Shown here: positions 33,568 to 41,447 of the stretch, piece after piece
Position numbering within the stretch: position 1 is the stretch's first letter
How the letters are laid out: each line of letters starts with the position of its first letter
IMG/VR virus record: IMGVR_UViG_3300045988_084795
Direction: 5' to 3' (one strand)
From: a virus
DNA length: 45,293 nucleotides
Notes under the pieces: generated by a model
What the model saw: only the letters and a program-made list of their open reading frames with translations
Told to the model about the DNA's origin: nothing
Database searches by the model: none
Program-made: the position numbers and the translations under genes

Positions 33568-34982
33568 TATTCTTCATCTCCCCCGAATAAGTCTGGCTCT
33601 TTTGGCTGCGCTTCTTCTTCGAGTGCTTTCGCTTCTTCTTCACTAAATCCCTCAAATTTAACTAGATAGTACCAGAATGGAATCTTGTTAGAAGTAACAT
33701 AGCTGTACCATCTCGCTCTATCTTCATCTTCGTTGTAGGTAATGTCTCCAAAGTCATACACGGTTTCATACGATCCTCTTGGTGCTAATTGGTACAGATC
33801 AGCGAATATATTAAGTGCAGCTATTAAATCATCCATGCAGGCTTGTAATTTGTCTCTTACGTCCTTAACAAATTGTATTGTCCTTTGTTGCTCTGCTTCT
33901 ACGCCTGTAGCTGTCTGAATCCCTGTCGTTTCGTTAAATACAAAGTATCCGTTGCTAAATCCGCATTTATATCCGATCTGTGACAATAGGGCATTGATTC
34001 CTGTCAGTCGTGTATCCGTGTTGAGACTTGGGTTTACCTCTTGATAGAATCCTTTAATGTCTGTGCTGTTTACATTCTTAACAAACTCTGGTAATCTCAA
34101 CCGCTTCTTGCTTCTCTCAAATCCATCTTGAGTATTGTTTACCCTTGTACCAGTCTCCATTAACTTGTCGGAGTCTAGCAGCAACATTCTTCGGCTGTCG
34201 AATATCTCTGTTGCGTTCCTGCTGTATGCAATGTCTAAATCTTTTAGCTCTTCTATTGCTTCGTAAAAGATAGGCAATCCTAAACTACAATGCATGTCTA
34301 CATTGTTCGCCTGCGGTGTCCTCAGAACTGCATATAGGCGTTGTCCGTTTAGGTTTGCAAGTCCTACATCCTCTAGTTCTCCACGCCATGGTGTCTCGTC
34401 TATATCAATTAGCTTTCCTGTATCGTTGGCATCCTTAGAAGCATAGCACCTGTTTGTGATCTGATACACGTCCTCGATATACCTATGATATTCTAGTTTG
34501 GTGTAGTATGTCCTGCCATCACTAGAAATTTCTCTGTGTACAAACACAATGCCTTGAATCTCTCCATTGCTTTCGTCTGTTACAATAAAGTTTTCTGGCG
34601 TGATCAAGTCCACACTTGAGCCATTAGGCTTTAATACTACTGTACCGTATGCACAGCCATATTCTACGTGATGTCGTACCTGTTCTAGTTCCTTGTCTAT
34701 CTGCTCCTGCAACCAATTAGCTCTTGCACTGCCATCTATCTCTATGCCTATTGCAAGTGTAGCAAGACGTGCTGTCTCCGAACACACAGCTTTTGCAAAG
34801 TTGATAGTCTTTATATGCTCGTCCTTGTCTAACCAGTATGGACTGCCCTTATAGATGTATGCACACTTTTCTATAGCTCTCTGCATCTCTGGACTGGTCA
34901 CAGTGTCTATTTTAAATTCATCTCTTGCCTTTTGTCTAAAAAGGTTACTTAATATCTCTTTCATTCTGCTAAATATACCCAT
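33567..34982 (-). CDS. Portal protein (SPP1 gp6-like)
   Basis: 471 aa, located after TerL. Acidic C-terminus. Confidence 0.8.
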   Translation of the reverse strand: MGIFSRMKEILSNLFRQKARDEFKIDTVTSPEMQRAIEKCAYIYKGSPYWLDKDEHIKTINFAKAVCSETARLATLAIGIEIDGSARANWLQEQIDKELEQVRHHVEYGCAYGTVVLKPNGSSVDLITPENFIVTDESNGEIQGIVFVHREISSDGRTYYTKLEYHRYIEDVYQITNRCYASKDANDTGKLIDIDETPWRGELEDVGLANLNGQRLYAVLRTPQANNVDMHCSLGLPIFYEAIEELKDLDIAYSRNATEIFDSRRMLLLDSDKLMETGTRVNNTQDGFERSKKRLRLPEFVKNVNSTDIKGFYQEVNPSLNTDTRLTGINALLSQIGYKCGFSNGYFVFNETTGIQTATGVEAEQQRTIQFVKDVRDKLQACMDDLIAALNIFADLYQLAPRGSYETVYDFGDITYNEDEDRARWYSYVTSNKIPFWYYLVKFEGFSEEEAKALEEEAQPKEPDLFGGDEE

Positions 34983-35159
34983 CTATTCCACCGTCACAAG
35001 CTCGACATTTTTTATATTTGTTTTTATGTCTGCTTGCATTAGATCACTGTTTACGGTTATCTCTACAATCCCATGGTGCCATGCTATCTCTGTAATGTCA
35101 TTTACATGTAACAGCACACTTCCGATTTTTACACATTTTACGTCTTTTAGATTTATCAT
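34983..35159 (-). CDS. Small ORF (58 aa) between terL and the portal gene
   Basis: RBS GGAGAT 9 nt upstream of the ATG at 35159. It fills the gap exactly. Confidence 0.4.
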   Translation of the reverse strand: MINLKDVKCVKIGSVLLHVNDITEIAWHHGIVEITVNSDLMQADIKTNIKNVELVTVE

Positions 35160-35176
35160 TATTGTTTCTATCTCCT

Positions 35177-36421
35177 TTATGCACTTTCCCCACGTCTCAT
35201 AGACATTGGACTTGTCGCATACCTTAATGCATCAATAAAATGGTCGTTGCCGTCTGGATAATCTGCCTTGATTTCTCCGTTTTCATCTACCTCATGCTCG
35301 TAGCTTATTACCTCTTCATACAGCCGTGGAGTTCTCGCAGGGTCTATGACTAATGTCCTGCACTGCAACCATTCATAAGAGTATTTACGACTACCCGGAT
35401 ATACGTTTGTTTTGTTTGCCACAAGTCCTGCGTCTCTAAAGTCTAGGATGCTTTCTATCTCGTCAGCACCGCAGGATATAGTATAGTCGTTATATCCCTT
35501 ATTAATAATCAACTGTGACATTGCCGTGTTTCGTATCTTCTGCCCACCAAGTTCGTCTATGCACAAGATTTTTTGTGATGCAGGCATATATGCACATCTG
35601 ACAAAAGCTTTCGGGTCTGGATAGTATCCCCAGTCCTGCCCTTGATAGATTCTTTCCTGCCTTGCGATTTCTTCGTCCGTGATCGTGCGTATTTCTAGAA
35701 GCTCAAAGATGTTTGTTCCAAGTCCTACAGGGATTCCAAGATACTCATGCTTGTATGCTCGTTCGTTTGTCTCTTTCAGATATTCTGCATCGGTTATGAA
35801 CTGCTTCCCTAGCCATTCCACAGGAACTGTTGTGTAGTCACTCTTATGTCTAAAGCTATCCTCTCTTGCTTCTGCTACATACTTATTCGCCCAGTTATTA
35901 ACAGAGATTGGTGGGTTGAACGTCTTAAACACTACGAACTTAGAACCACCACGCAATACAGATTGTTGTACAGTTCTAATCTCTTCAATGCCTGCAAACT
36001 CATCTAGTTCCTCGAACCACAGGTATTTGATATATCCCTTTGCGACCTTGATAGACTTCGTTTTCTTTGCCTTGTCCAGTCCTCTATAGATTATCTTCTG
36101 CCCAGTCGGCTTATATATATGTTGTAGCGGACTCTTAGAAGATTCCCACAGATCGCTAACACCTAAGGCATCTATAGCCCATTCTATCTGTTCATACACA
36201 CTGTCCCTTAGGGTATTACCAACCTTTCGAAACACTGCCGCATTGCTGTATTCTCCTGTTGTTGCACCCTGCATAATACCCAATACAATCTCTACACTAA
36301 CAAAAGACGATTTAGTCGAGCCACGACCGCCATATAAGTCGTAATATGTATGTTTTCCGTCTTGTATATCCCAATGTACAGCATAAAAAGATGGGGCGAT
36401 CACATCCGTCAAATTAACCAT
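35177..36421 (-). CDS. terL: Terminase large subunit (PBSX-type)
   Basis: Walker A-like YGGRGSTKS. 414 aa. Adjacent to the small subunit. Confidence 0.9.
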   Translation of the reverse strand: MVNLTDVIAPSFYAVHWDIQDGKHTYYDLYGGRGSTKSSFVSVEIVLGIMQGATTGEYSNAAVFRKVGNTLRDSVYEQIEWAIDALGVSDLWESSKSPLQHIYKPTGQKIIYRGLDKAKKTKSIKVAKGYIKYLWFEELDEFAGIEEIRTVQQSVLRGGSKFVVFKTFNPPISVNNWANKYVAEAREDSFRHKSDYTTVPVEWLGKQFITDAEYLKETNERAYKHEYLGIPVGLGTNIFELLEIRTITDEEIARQERIYQGQDWGYYPDPKAFVRCAYMPASQKILCIDELGGQKIRNTAMSQLIINKGYNDYTISCGADEIESILDFRDAGLVANKTNVYPGSRKYSYEWLQCRTLVIDPARTPRLYEEVISYEHEVDENGEIKADYPDGNDHFIDALRYATSPMSMRRGESA

Positions 36422-36432
36422 GCAACCGCTCC

Positions 36433-36864
36433 TTACTCTCTAGGAATATTATTTACTATTGTAATTCCCTCTGTCTTATTCTCTTCCTGCTTCTTGTCTG
36501 CATCCCAGTGTTTAAAGTTGTTTCTTAAGTTAAATTGTGCCCCAGAACTTCCCTCTTTGTCGTACAATCTGCCCTCTGCATACTCTTCCACTCTGCTTTT
36601 CGCCCGTGTGATTGTGTCAAGAAACTCTTGTTTTTCATTTTGGTAATACAACAAATCCGCTCTAGATGTAAAACCAAGGTGCAAAGCCAATCCGGTAATT
36701 GTTGGCGGTTTCCTGTTAATCATAATAGGATAGCCGCTTTTATTTCTTACTATCTTACCATCTTCTTTTAATACTTCGCCCTCACATAGTTTAAAGTACT
36801 CATCTATCTTTTTTTGCATCGTTTTGACACTCTTGTATTTAGGCGGTCTGCCACCTGCTCCCAT
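36433..36864 (-). CDS. terS: Terminase small subunit
   Basis: Start taken at MGAGGRPPKY. GRPxKY, PPTITGLALHLGF and AQFNLRNNFKHW match the Terminase_2 pattern. Confidence 0.85.
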   Translation of the reverse strand: MGAGGRPPKYKSVKTMQKKIDEYFKLCEGEVLKEDGKIVRNKSGYPIMINRKPPTITGLALHLGFTSRADLLYYQNEKQEFLDTITRAKSRVEEYAEGRLYDKEGSSGAQFNLRNNFKHWDADKKQEENKTEGITIVNNIPRE

Positions 36865-36868
36865 TGTC

Positions 36869-37045
36869 TCACGTCCTTTCGTTTGCATACACCTTTGTTG
36901 TCGGTCCTGCTGTCTTGTAATCATCACATACGGTCAAATATCTGTCTCTTATTAATGTCTTGCCATTATCCTTAGTGCAGTACATAATCCCTCTGTCAGA
37001 TAATGTATTCTTGCATCCTGCACAGCACAGGCTTCTATCTTCCAT
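36869..37045 (-). CDS. Small Cys-rich protein (58 aa)
   Basis: RBS AAGAGGTG upstream of the ATG at 37045. Product begins MEDRSLCCAGCKN...YCTKD...VCDDY. It ends 4 nt before the terS start. Confidence 0.4.
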   Translation of the reverse strand: MEDRSLCCAGCKNTLSDRGIMYCTKDNGKTLIRDRYLTVCDDYKTAGPTTKVYANERT

Positions 37046-37211
37046 CCTGCACCTCTTTCTGGTACCTGCCACATACACACATGTGACTACACTTTATATT
37101 TACCAGTACCACTTCTGTCTTGTTCTCTGGGATAGCTCTTCTCTTTGTCTCCGCCACGATCTCGCAATGTACGCAATCATTACAGCAATTCTTTAGTTTG
37201 TTATTAATCAA
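37035..37211 (-). CDS. Small Cys-rich protein (58 aa, TTG start; tentative)
   Basis: GGGAGGTG lies 8 nt upstream of the TTG at 37211. Contains ...NCCNDCVHC...KCSHMCVC. Confidence 0.3.
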   Translation of the reverse strand: MINNKLKNCCNDCVHCEIVAETKRRAIPENKTEVVLVNIKCSHMCVCGRYQKEVQDGR

Positions 37212-37287
37212 AAAAGACACCTCCCGACTATGGTTATTATCTAGTATAATTATACCATAGTGAGAAGTGCCTTTGTTTACACTCTTT

Positions 37288-38106
37288 TTATTCTCGATCT
37301 GGTTCCCAAGTGGTCCCGAATTTTTTTTTATGTGCCTCGGCGTACTTGTCAAAAAATTCTTGATCAGACGAAAGGCTCAATTCATACGCCACGCTTTCTC
37401 TTAAATCTGCATCCATTGATTTTAGCGCTTCGTCAAAATCAATTTCTTTCCCATATTTGTTTTTTACATTCATCCGCGTACCTCCTTTATTATTGCTTGC
37501 TTTGTTTCTATACTCGTCTCTTTCTTTCAACAGCGTGTCAAGATTTGTTTTCTCGCCACGATTAATCCGTGCCCTTGCGTTTCTGATCTGCGCTTGTTTG
37601 TGTCGGCAGTAATCACTACAAGTGTTACTTGCAACTTTGGATTGGAATTTTTTACCGCAGTATTCGCAAATTTTTTGTTTTTTGCTGTTCTTTTCCAATT
37701 TCTTTTTTGTCTGTTCTGTCTCTTTATTATAAGCACTTTTATATTCTTTTTGCAATAATAAGCCTGCTTCGTGTTGGCATTTTTCCGAACAATATTTTTG
37801 CCTGCCTGCCGTTACAATATATTCTTTTCCGCACAGCTCACACTTATCGACACTCCCAAGCTTCCTTTTAGCTGTTTTTCCTTGCCTAAATCTCTTTTGT
37901 GCTTCTTTGGTCCGTATAACTCTACAATCTGGACAGTAAAACGCTCTAGGTCCACCGTTAAACTCTTTACCACACATCCTACACACTCTAATTCTCATTA
38001 CATTAGATTTTCTTTTTTTTGCACATTCGTCACAATATAACTTATCCGGACTACCATAAAAAGATTTGCCGCAATCCAAGCAAACCTTTTTTGTTCTATA
38101 TTTCAT
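37288..38106 (-). CDS. Protein with four zinc-ribbon repeats and a distinct acidic C-terminal domain
   Basis: Four repeats of C-x2-C-G-K-x-(F/Y)-x6-8-(Y/T)-C-x2-3-C. ATG at 38106 with RBS AAAGGAG. Confidence 0.6.
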   Translation of the reverse strand: MKYRTKKVCLDCGKSFYGSPDKLYCDECAKKRKSNVMRIRVCRMCGKEFNGGPRAFYCPDCRVIRTKEAQKRFRQGKTAKRKLGSVDKCELCGKEYIVTAGRQKYCSEKCQHEAGLLLQKEYKSAYNKETEQTKKKLEKNSKKQKICEYCGKKFQSKVASNTCSDYCRHKQAQIRNARARINRGEKTNLDTLLKERDEYRNKASNNKGGTRMNVKNKYGKEIDFDEALKSMDADLRESVAYELSLSSDQEFFDKYAEAHKKKFGTTWEPDRE

Positions 38107-38108
38107 TT

Positions 38109-38285
38109 TTAAAGCTCCTTTACAACTTCCCACCCGTCAATAGCTGCCGTTGTGTCTAAGTCTTCAATTGGCAGCCTTTTTATTAAAGGCCTTTCGAGTC
38201 TTATATCTTCATCAATTATATATCTGTATTTTCTTGTATCAACTATTCTTTCCCTCTTCACTCTTTCCCAAAATTCTTTTTTCAT
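38109..38285 (-). CDS. Small ORF (58 aa)
   Basis: RBS GGAGGGAG upstream of the ATG at 38285. Its stop lies 2 nt before the next start. Confidence 0.35.
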   Translation of the reverse strand: MKKEFWERVKRERIVDTRKYRYIIDEDIRLERPLIKRLPIEDLDTTAAIDGWEVVKEL

Positions 38286-38297
38286 GGCTGCTCCCTC

Positions 38298-38624
38298 CTA
38301 TAATACATAATCAATAAAGTATGCTATACCTTCATACTCTACAACTCCCCAGTCAAAAGCGGGTTTGTTGCTTTCAATCATTTTTTTATATTCTTCCCTG
38401 TCTTCTTCCTCAACATCCCATTCATTCATATACTGATCAAAGAATTTTTCAAATTCTTCTTTCTCGTACACTACTGATCCATTGCATAAATAGTCAACAG
38501 CTTCTTTCTTTGTATGATTGTCTTCCATAATGATTTCAAGTTTCTTTTCTGTCTCGTCTCCCAAGTCTAAACCTGCGTATTTTAAATTTAATTCCTGTGC
38601 TTTTGTTAAATAAATATTTTTCAT
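38298..38624 (-). CDS. Hypothetical acidic protein (108 aa) driven by the left copy of the duplicated promoter/leader
   Basis: The ATG at 38624 is preceded by AAAAGGAGAT. The longer track ORF would start inside the promoter. Confidence 0.55.
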   Translation of the reverse strand: MKNIYLTKAQELNLKYAGLDLGDETEKKLEIIMEDNHTKKEAVDYLCNGSVVYEKEEFEKFFDQYMNEWDVEEEDREEYKKMIESNKPAFDWGVVEYEGIAYFIDYVL

Positions 38625-38629
38625 GACTT

Positions 38630-38702
38630 CAATCTCCTTTTCTTTCTTTGACTGATCTCCTTTAACTGTCTTTATTATACATAACATTTATGCATAAGTC
38701 AA
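38630..38702 (-). promoter_or_regulatory. Left copy of the duplicated promoter plus leader
   Basis: Minus strand has TTGACT (38702..38697), a 17-nt spacer, TATAAT (38679..38674), then the leader AAAGACAGTTAAAGGAGATCAGTCAAAGAAAGAAAAGGAGAT. The palindrome TTATGCATAA (38688..38697) lies in the spacer. Confidence 0.7.
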
Positions 38703-38708
38703 CACTTT

Positions 38709-38939
38709 TTAGATAAAATATTTTATTTTTTCATCATCTGTTATTTCTATATCAATTACATCATCTACATTTTTTCTAAGCATACAACAAATAGCATTAA
38801 GGCTTTTCATATTTATTTGTTCTCCCCGCTTTATCTTTGCAAGTGTTCCCTCGCTTAAATACTTGTTTTTTCTTATTATATAAGAAGTATATCCTTTTTT
38901 CTTCAATTCTTCCTGCACATCTAATTTGTATTTTATCAT
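38709..38939 (-). CDS. XRE-family HTH regulator (76 aa)
   Basis: LSEGTLAKIKRGEQINMKSLNAICCML is an HTH_3-type pattern. RBS AAAGGAGGG. Confidence 0.75.
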   Translation of the reverse strand: MIKYKLDVQEELKKKGYTSYIIRKNKYLSEGTLAKIKRGEQINMKSLNAICCMLRKNVDDVIDIEITDDEKIKYFI

Positions 38940-38961
38940 CGTTTTTCCCTCCTTTTACATC

Positions 38962-38990
38962 ATTATATCATACCCATGATTTCACATCAA
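38962..38990 (-). promoter_or_regulatory. Promoter of the XRE gene
   Basis: Minus strand has TTGATG (38990..38985), a 17-nt spacer, TATAAT (38967..38962). The palindrome TTATGCATAA (38996..39005) lies just upstream. Confidence 0.55.
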
Positions 38991-39023
38991 GAATTTTATG
39001 CATAAAAAATATGTACTTTTCTA

Positions 39024-39096
39024 TTGACATATGCATAAATTTTATGTATAATAAAGACAGTTAAAGGAGATCGGTCAAAGAAAGAAAAGGAGATAA
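39024..39096 (+). promoter_or_regulatory. Right copy of the duplicated promoter plus leader
   Basis: TTGACA (39024..39029), a 17-nt spacer, TATAAT (39047..39052). The leader over about 70 nt differs from the left copy at 3 positions. TATGCATA (39030..39037) lies in the spacer. Confidence 0.7.
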
Positions 39097-39099
39097 GAA

Positions 39100-39573
39100 A
39101 TGAAATATTTTACAGCCAAAAACTTACAGGAACTCAGAAAAGAATACAAAAAATTAATGGTAGCCAATCACCCGGACAACGGCGGAGACGTTGTTACATG
39201 TCAAGAGATTACAGCCGAATACAAGAAGCTGTTTGACATGTTCAAGGCAGGGCAGACACCAGAAGAAGAAAAGAAAAATACATTTGATTATAAGGCAGAC
39301 GAAGCCTTAAGAAATGTAATCAATAATATTGTTTCTTTCGATGGTGTAAATATCGAGGTAGTAGGCTCTTGGATTTGGGTAGATGGTAATACATTCCCAT
39401 ACAAAGAAGAATTAAAAAAATTAGGCTTTAAGTGGTCTAAGAATCGCAAGAAATGGCATTTCTCAACAGAACCATCTGGAAAGTGGCATAAAAAGAAAAT
39501 GTCTTTCGAGGACATCCAAAGAAAATACGGAAGTGAAAAAGTAAAGACTTCCAATGTTTCAAGAATTGCATAG
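39100..39573 (+). CDS. J-domain (DnaJ-like) protein
   Basis: LRKEYKKLMVANHPDNGGD carries the HPD motif in a J-domain helix II/III context. The C-terminal GSWIWVDGNTFPYKEELKKLGFKWSKNRKKWHF block is seen in many phage proteins. Confidence 0.8.
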   Translation: MKYFTAKNLQELRKEYKKLMVANHPDNGGDVVTCQEITAEYKKLFDMFKAGQTPEEEKKNTFDYKADEALRNVINNIVSFDGVNIEVVGSWIWVDGNTFPYKEELKKLGFKWSKNRKKWHFSTEPSGKWHKKKMSFEDIQRKYGSEKVKTSNVSRIA

Positions 39574-39577
39574 TAAA

Positions 39578-39619
39578 AGAGATCTGGAAGAACTCAAAAG
39601 CTCCCAGATCTCTTTTTTA
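39578..39619. terminator. Bidirectional terminator between convergent genes
   Basis: AGAGATCTGG (39578..39587) pairs with CCAGATCTCT (39604..39613). An A-run lies before it and a T-run after it. Confidence 0.7.
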
Positions 39620-39848
39620 TTATTATCTCGTAATCATATCCCATTATACCCAAAAAATCCTTTAAATCACTTAAGGATACTTTTTTATTATTAAATTTGT
39701 TGTTTAGCTGCTGCGGTGTTGACAATCCTAAGAGCTGTGACGCTTCTGTCATTGTCATGCCGTTCCTTTTTAGTAGTTCTTTGTAGATTTCTTTTAATTG
39801 CTTGTTGTCCTTGTAAGTAAAGTTTATATTGTATTCCATCAACCACAC
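39594..39848 (-). CDS. HTH DNA-binding protein (84 aa)
   Basis: NGMTMTEASQLLGLSTPQQLNNKF is HTH-like. It has its own consensus promoter. Confidence 0.55.
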   Translation of the reverse strand: MWLMEYNINFTYKDNKQLKEIYKELLKRNGMTMTEASQLLGLSTPQQLNNKFNNKKVSLSDLKDFLGIMGYDYEIIIKKRSGSF

Positions 39849-39868
39849 CTCTTTTCTGTTTTTAAATC

Positions 39869-39897
39869 ATTATAATTTAAAATATATCATATGTCAA
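39869..39897 (-). promoter_or_regulatory. Consensus promoter for 39594..39848
   Basis: Minus strand has TTGACA (39897..39892), a 17-nt spacer, TATAAT (39874..39869). Confidence 0.6.
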
Positions 39898-39920
39898 ACG
39901 AAAAAAGTTTATTTTTACCA

Positions 39921-39949
39921 TTGACATTTAAACTAAAATCATTTATACT
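39921..39949 (+). promoter_or_regulatory. Promoter for the plus-strand three-gene operon
   Basis: TTGACA (39921..39926), a 17-nt spacer, TATACT (39944..39949). Back-to-back with the minus-strand promoter. Confidence 0.6.
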
Positions 39950-39993
39950 CTAGTTAAAGATAAACGAAAAGCATTTAAAAGGGAGAAAAGAAG

Positions 39994-40197
39994 ATGAAAG
40001 AATTAAGAAAAGAAATTGAAAAGTTAGTCGAAAATGAGGACTTCGTTTCCTACGAAGAATTTATTTACGAACTGGAAGAAGAAAAAGAAGAAGTTAAAAA
40101 ATATCTCGAATGGAGAGCAAACGGTGGGAAGATGAACACCGAAACACTTCCAGACGGATATGTAGAAGCTTGTAAGAAGATTTTAGAAAGAATTTAG
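39994..40197 (+). CDS. Small acidic protein (67 aa)
   Basis: RBS GGGAGAAAAG. Glu-rich sequence. Confidence 0.5.
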   Translation: MKELRKEIEKLVENEDFVSYEEFIYELEEEKEEVKKYLEWRANGGKMNTETLPDGYVEACKKILERI

Positions 40198-40210
40198 GAG
40201 GTTGAAAATC

Positions 40211-40492
40211 ATGGATTATTACAGAGGTAGAAAAATCGACAAAAAATTTAAAGAAGAGGTTGCTAAAAATTCAGCAATCCGAGGTTATAAAAATGCGGTA
40301 AAAATTTTCATTTACCGTCAAGATTTAGAAGCTTCTTTACTTTGTGATGAACTAGCTGATAATCTTTCTAAGCTTGGTTTTAGCTTGGAAGAAATCGAAG
40401 CTTTAGAACTCGAAGCCTATGGCGAAAGAGAAAAAGAGCTAGAAAAATTCGATAAGGAACACCCTAACTGGGAGCAACTTATCAATGCATAA
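40211..40492 (+). CDS. Small acidic protein (93 aa)
   Basis: ATG at 40211, 9 nt after AGGAGG. Confidence 0.5.
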   Translation: MDYYRGRKIDKKFKEEVAKNSAIRGYKNAVKIFIYRQDLEASLLCDELADNLSKLGFSLEEIEALELEAYGEREKELEKFDKEHPNWEQLINA

Positions 40493-40540
40493 CATACACC
40501 ACCCACCCCGGAGGTTACGAGGGTAGAAAAGGAGATAAAA

Positions 40541-40798
40541 ATGGTAGAAATATTTGACAGAGAATTACCCGATGATTGTAAAAAAGCGATCACTGCACTA
40601 AAGAAATTAAAAGTGTACTTCGCTATGAATGATGATACAATTGATAACTTTGCTGATGTCTGGTTTCGTGTACAGCATGAATGTGATATGTACGAAGAAA
40701 TGCAAGATAGTAACGAATTGACCTATCAAAGTTACATCGGTGCTAAAAATTGGTTGGAGAAATGGAGGCACTTATATATTAAATATGAAGACAAATAA
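40541..40798 (+). CDS. Small acidic protein (85 aa)
   Basis: RBS AAGGAGAT upstream of the ATG. Confidence 0.5.
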   Translation: MVEIFDRELPDDCKKAITALKKLKVYFAMNDDTIDNFADVWFRVQHECDMYEEMQDSNELTYQSYIGAKNWLEKWRHLYIKYEDK

Positions 40799-40800
40799 AA

Positions 40801-40834
40801 GAAGCAGGGGGGGATAATCCTCTGCTTCTTTTTT
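40801..40834. terminator. Bidirectional terminator
   Basis: GAAGCAG (40801..40807) pairs with CTGCTTC (40822..40828), then TTTTTT. AAAA lies upstream. Confidence 0.7.
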
Positions 40835-41081
40835 ATATCACGTCAAAAGGCACTGACAGACGTTCTAAGACATTTATATAACTTAATGCGTGTTCTTTAT
40901 CCTTGCACTGAATATAAGGGATATATGAGCCATTCACGTACTCAAATAAAGCTATCCACGTATCTTTCATGGTAACAAGTATCCAGTCTATATCGTTGCA
41001 GCTCTTGTTTTCTCTCTGCCCTGTTCCGTGTTCGTCTATCCACTTTTGAAACTGATCACGATTCATGTCCCTGTTCCTCAT
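40833..41081 (-). CDS. Hypothetical early protein
   Basis: 82-aa co-oriented ORF. Confidence 0.5.
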   Translation of the reverse strand: MRNRDMNRDQFQKWIDEHGTGQRENKSCNDIDWILVTMKDTWIALFEYVNGSYIPYIQCKDKEHALSYINVLERLSVPFDVI

Positions 41082-41223
41082 TGATACTTTCCAGATTTTC
41101 TTTTAACGTCTGCACACACTCGTTGAATCCGTCACGTTTACCGCATAGATACATATTGTGACCGCTGTAATCGTCCATAGATGGAATTAATGTACATAGA
41201 GTATATATGTCTTGCTTATTCAT
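41056..41223 (-). CDS. Small ORF (55 aa)
   Basis: The ATG overlaps the upstream stop (ATGA). Confidence 0.3.
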   Translation of the reverse strand: MNKQDIYTLCTLIPSMDDYSGHNMYLCGKRDGFNECVQTLKENLESINEEQGHES

Positions 41224-41447
41224 CTTTTCTCCTTTTCTAGCCGTTCACAGGTCTTTACAAGTGCATTTACTTCTTTACATTTTTCAAGATACATCTTGTC
41301 CATTTCTTTTATGTCCTGCGGTGTCAATCCTGTTTCTTTGTACTCAAGAAGTTCTTTCAATGCCTTAGTTGATACCGCTTCACTTCCTACAAACATTTTT
41401 GATAATTGTATCTGATTTTTGATAACGTCTATTGATAACCCTGTCAT
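41220..41447 (-). CDS. Hypothetical early protein
   Basis: 75-aa ORF with RBS GGAGGGGAAG. Confidence 0.5.
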   Translation of the reverse strand: MTGLSIDVIKNQIQLSKMFVGSEAVSTKALKELLEYKETGLTPQDIKEMDKMYLEKCKEVNALVKTCERLEKEKR

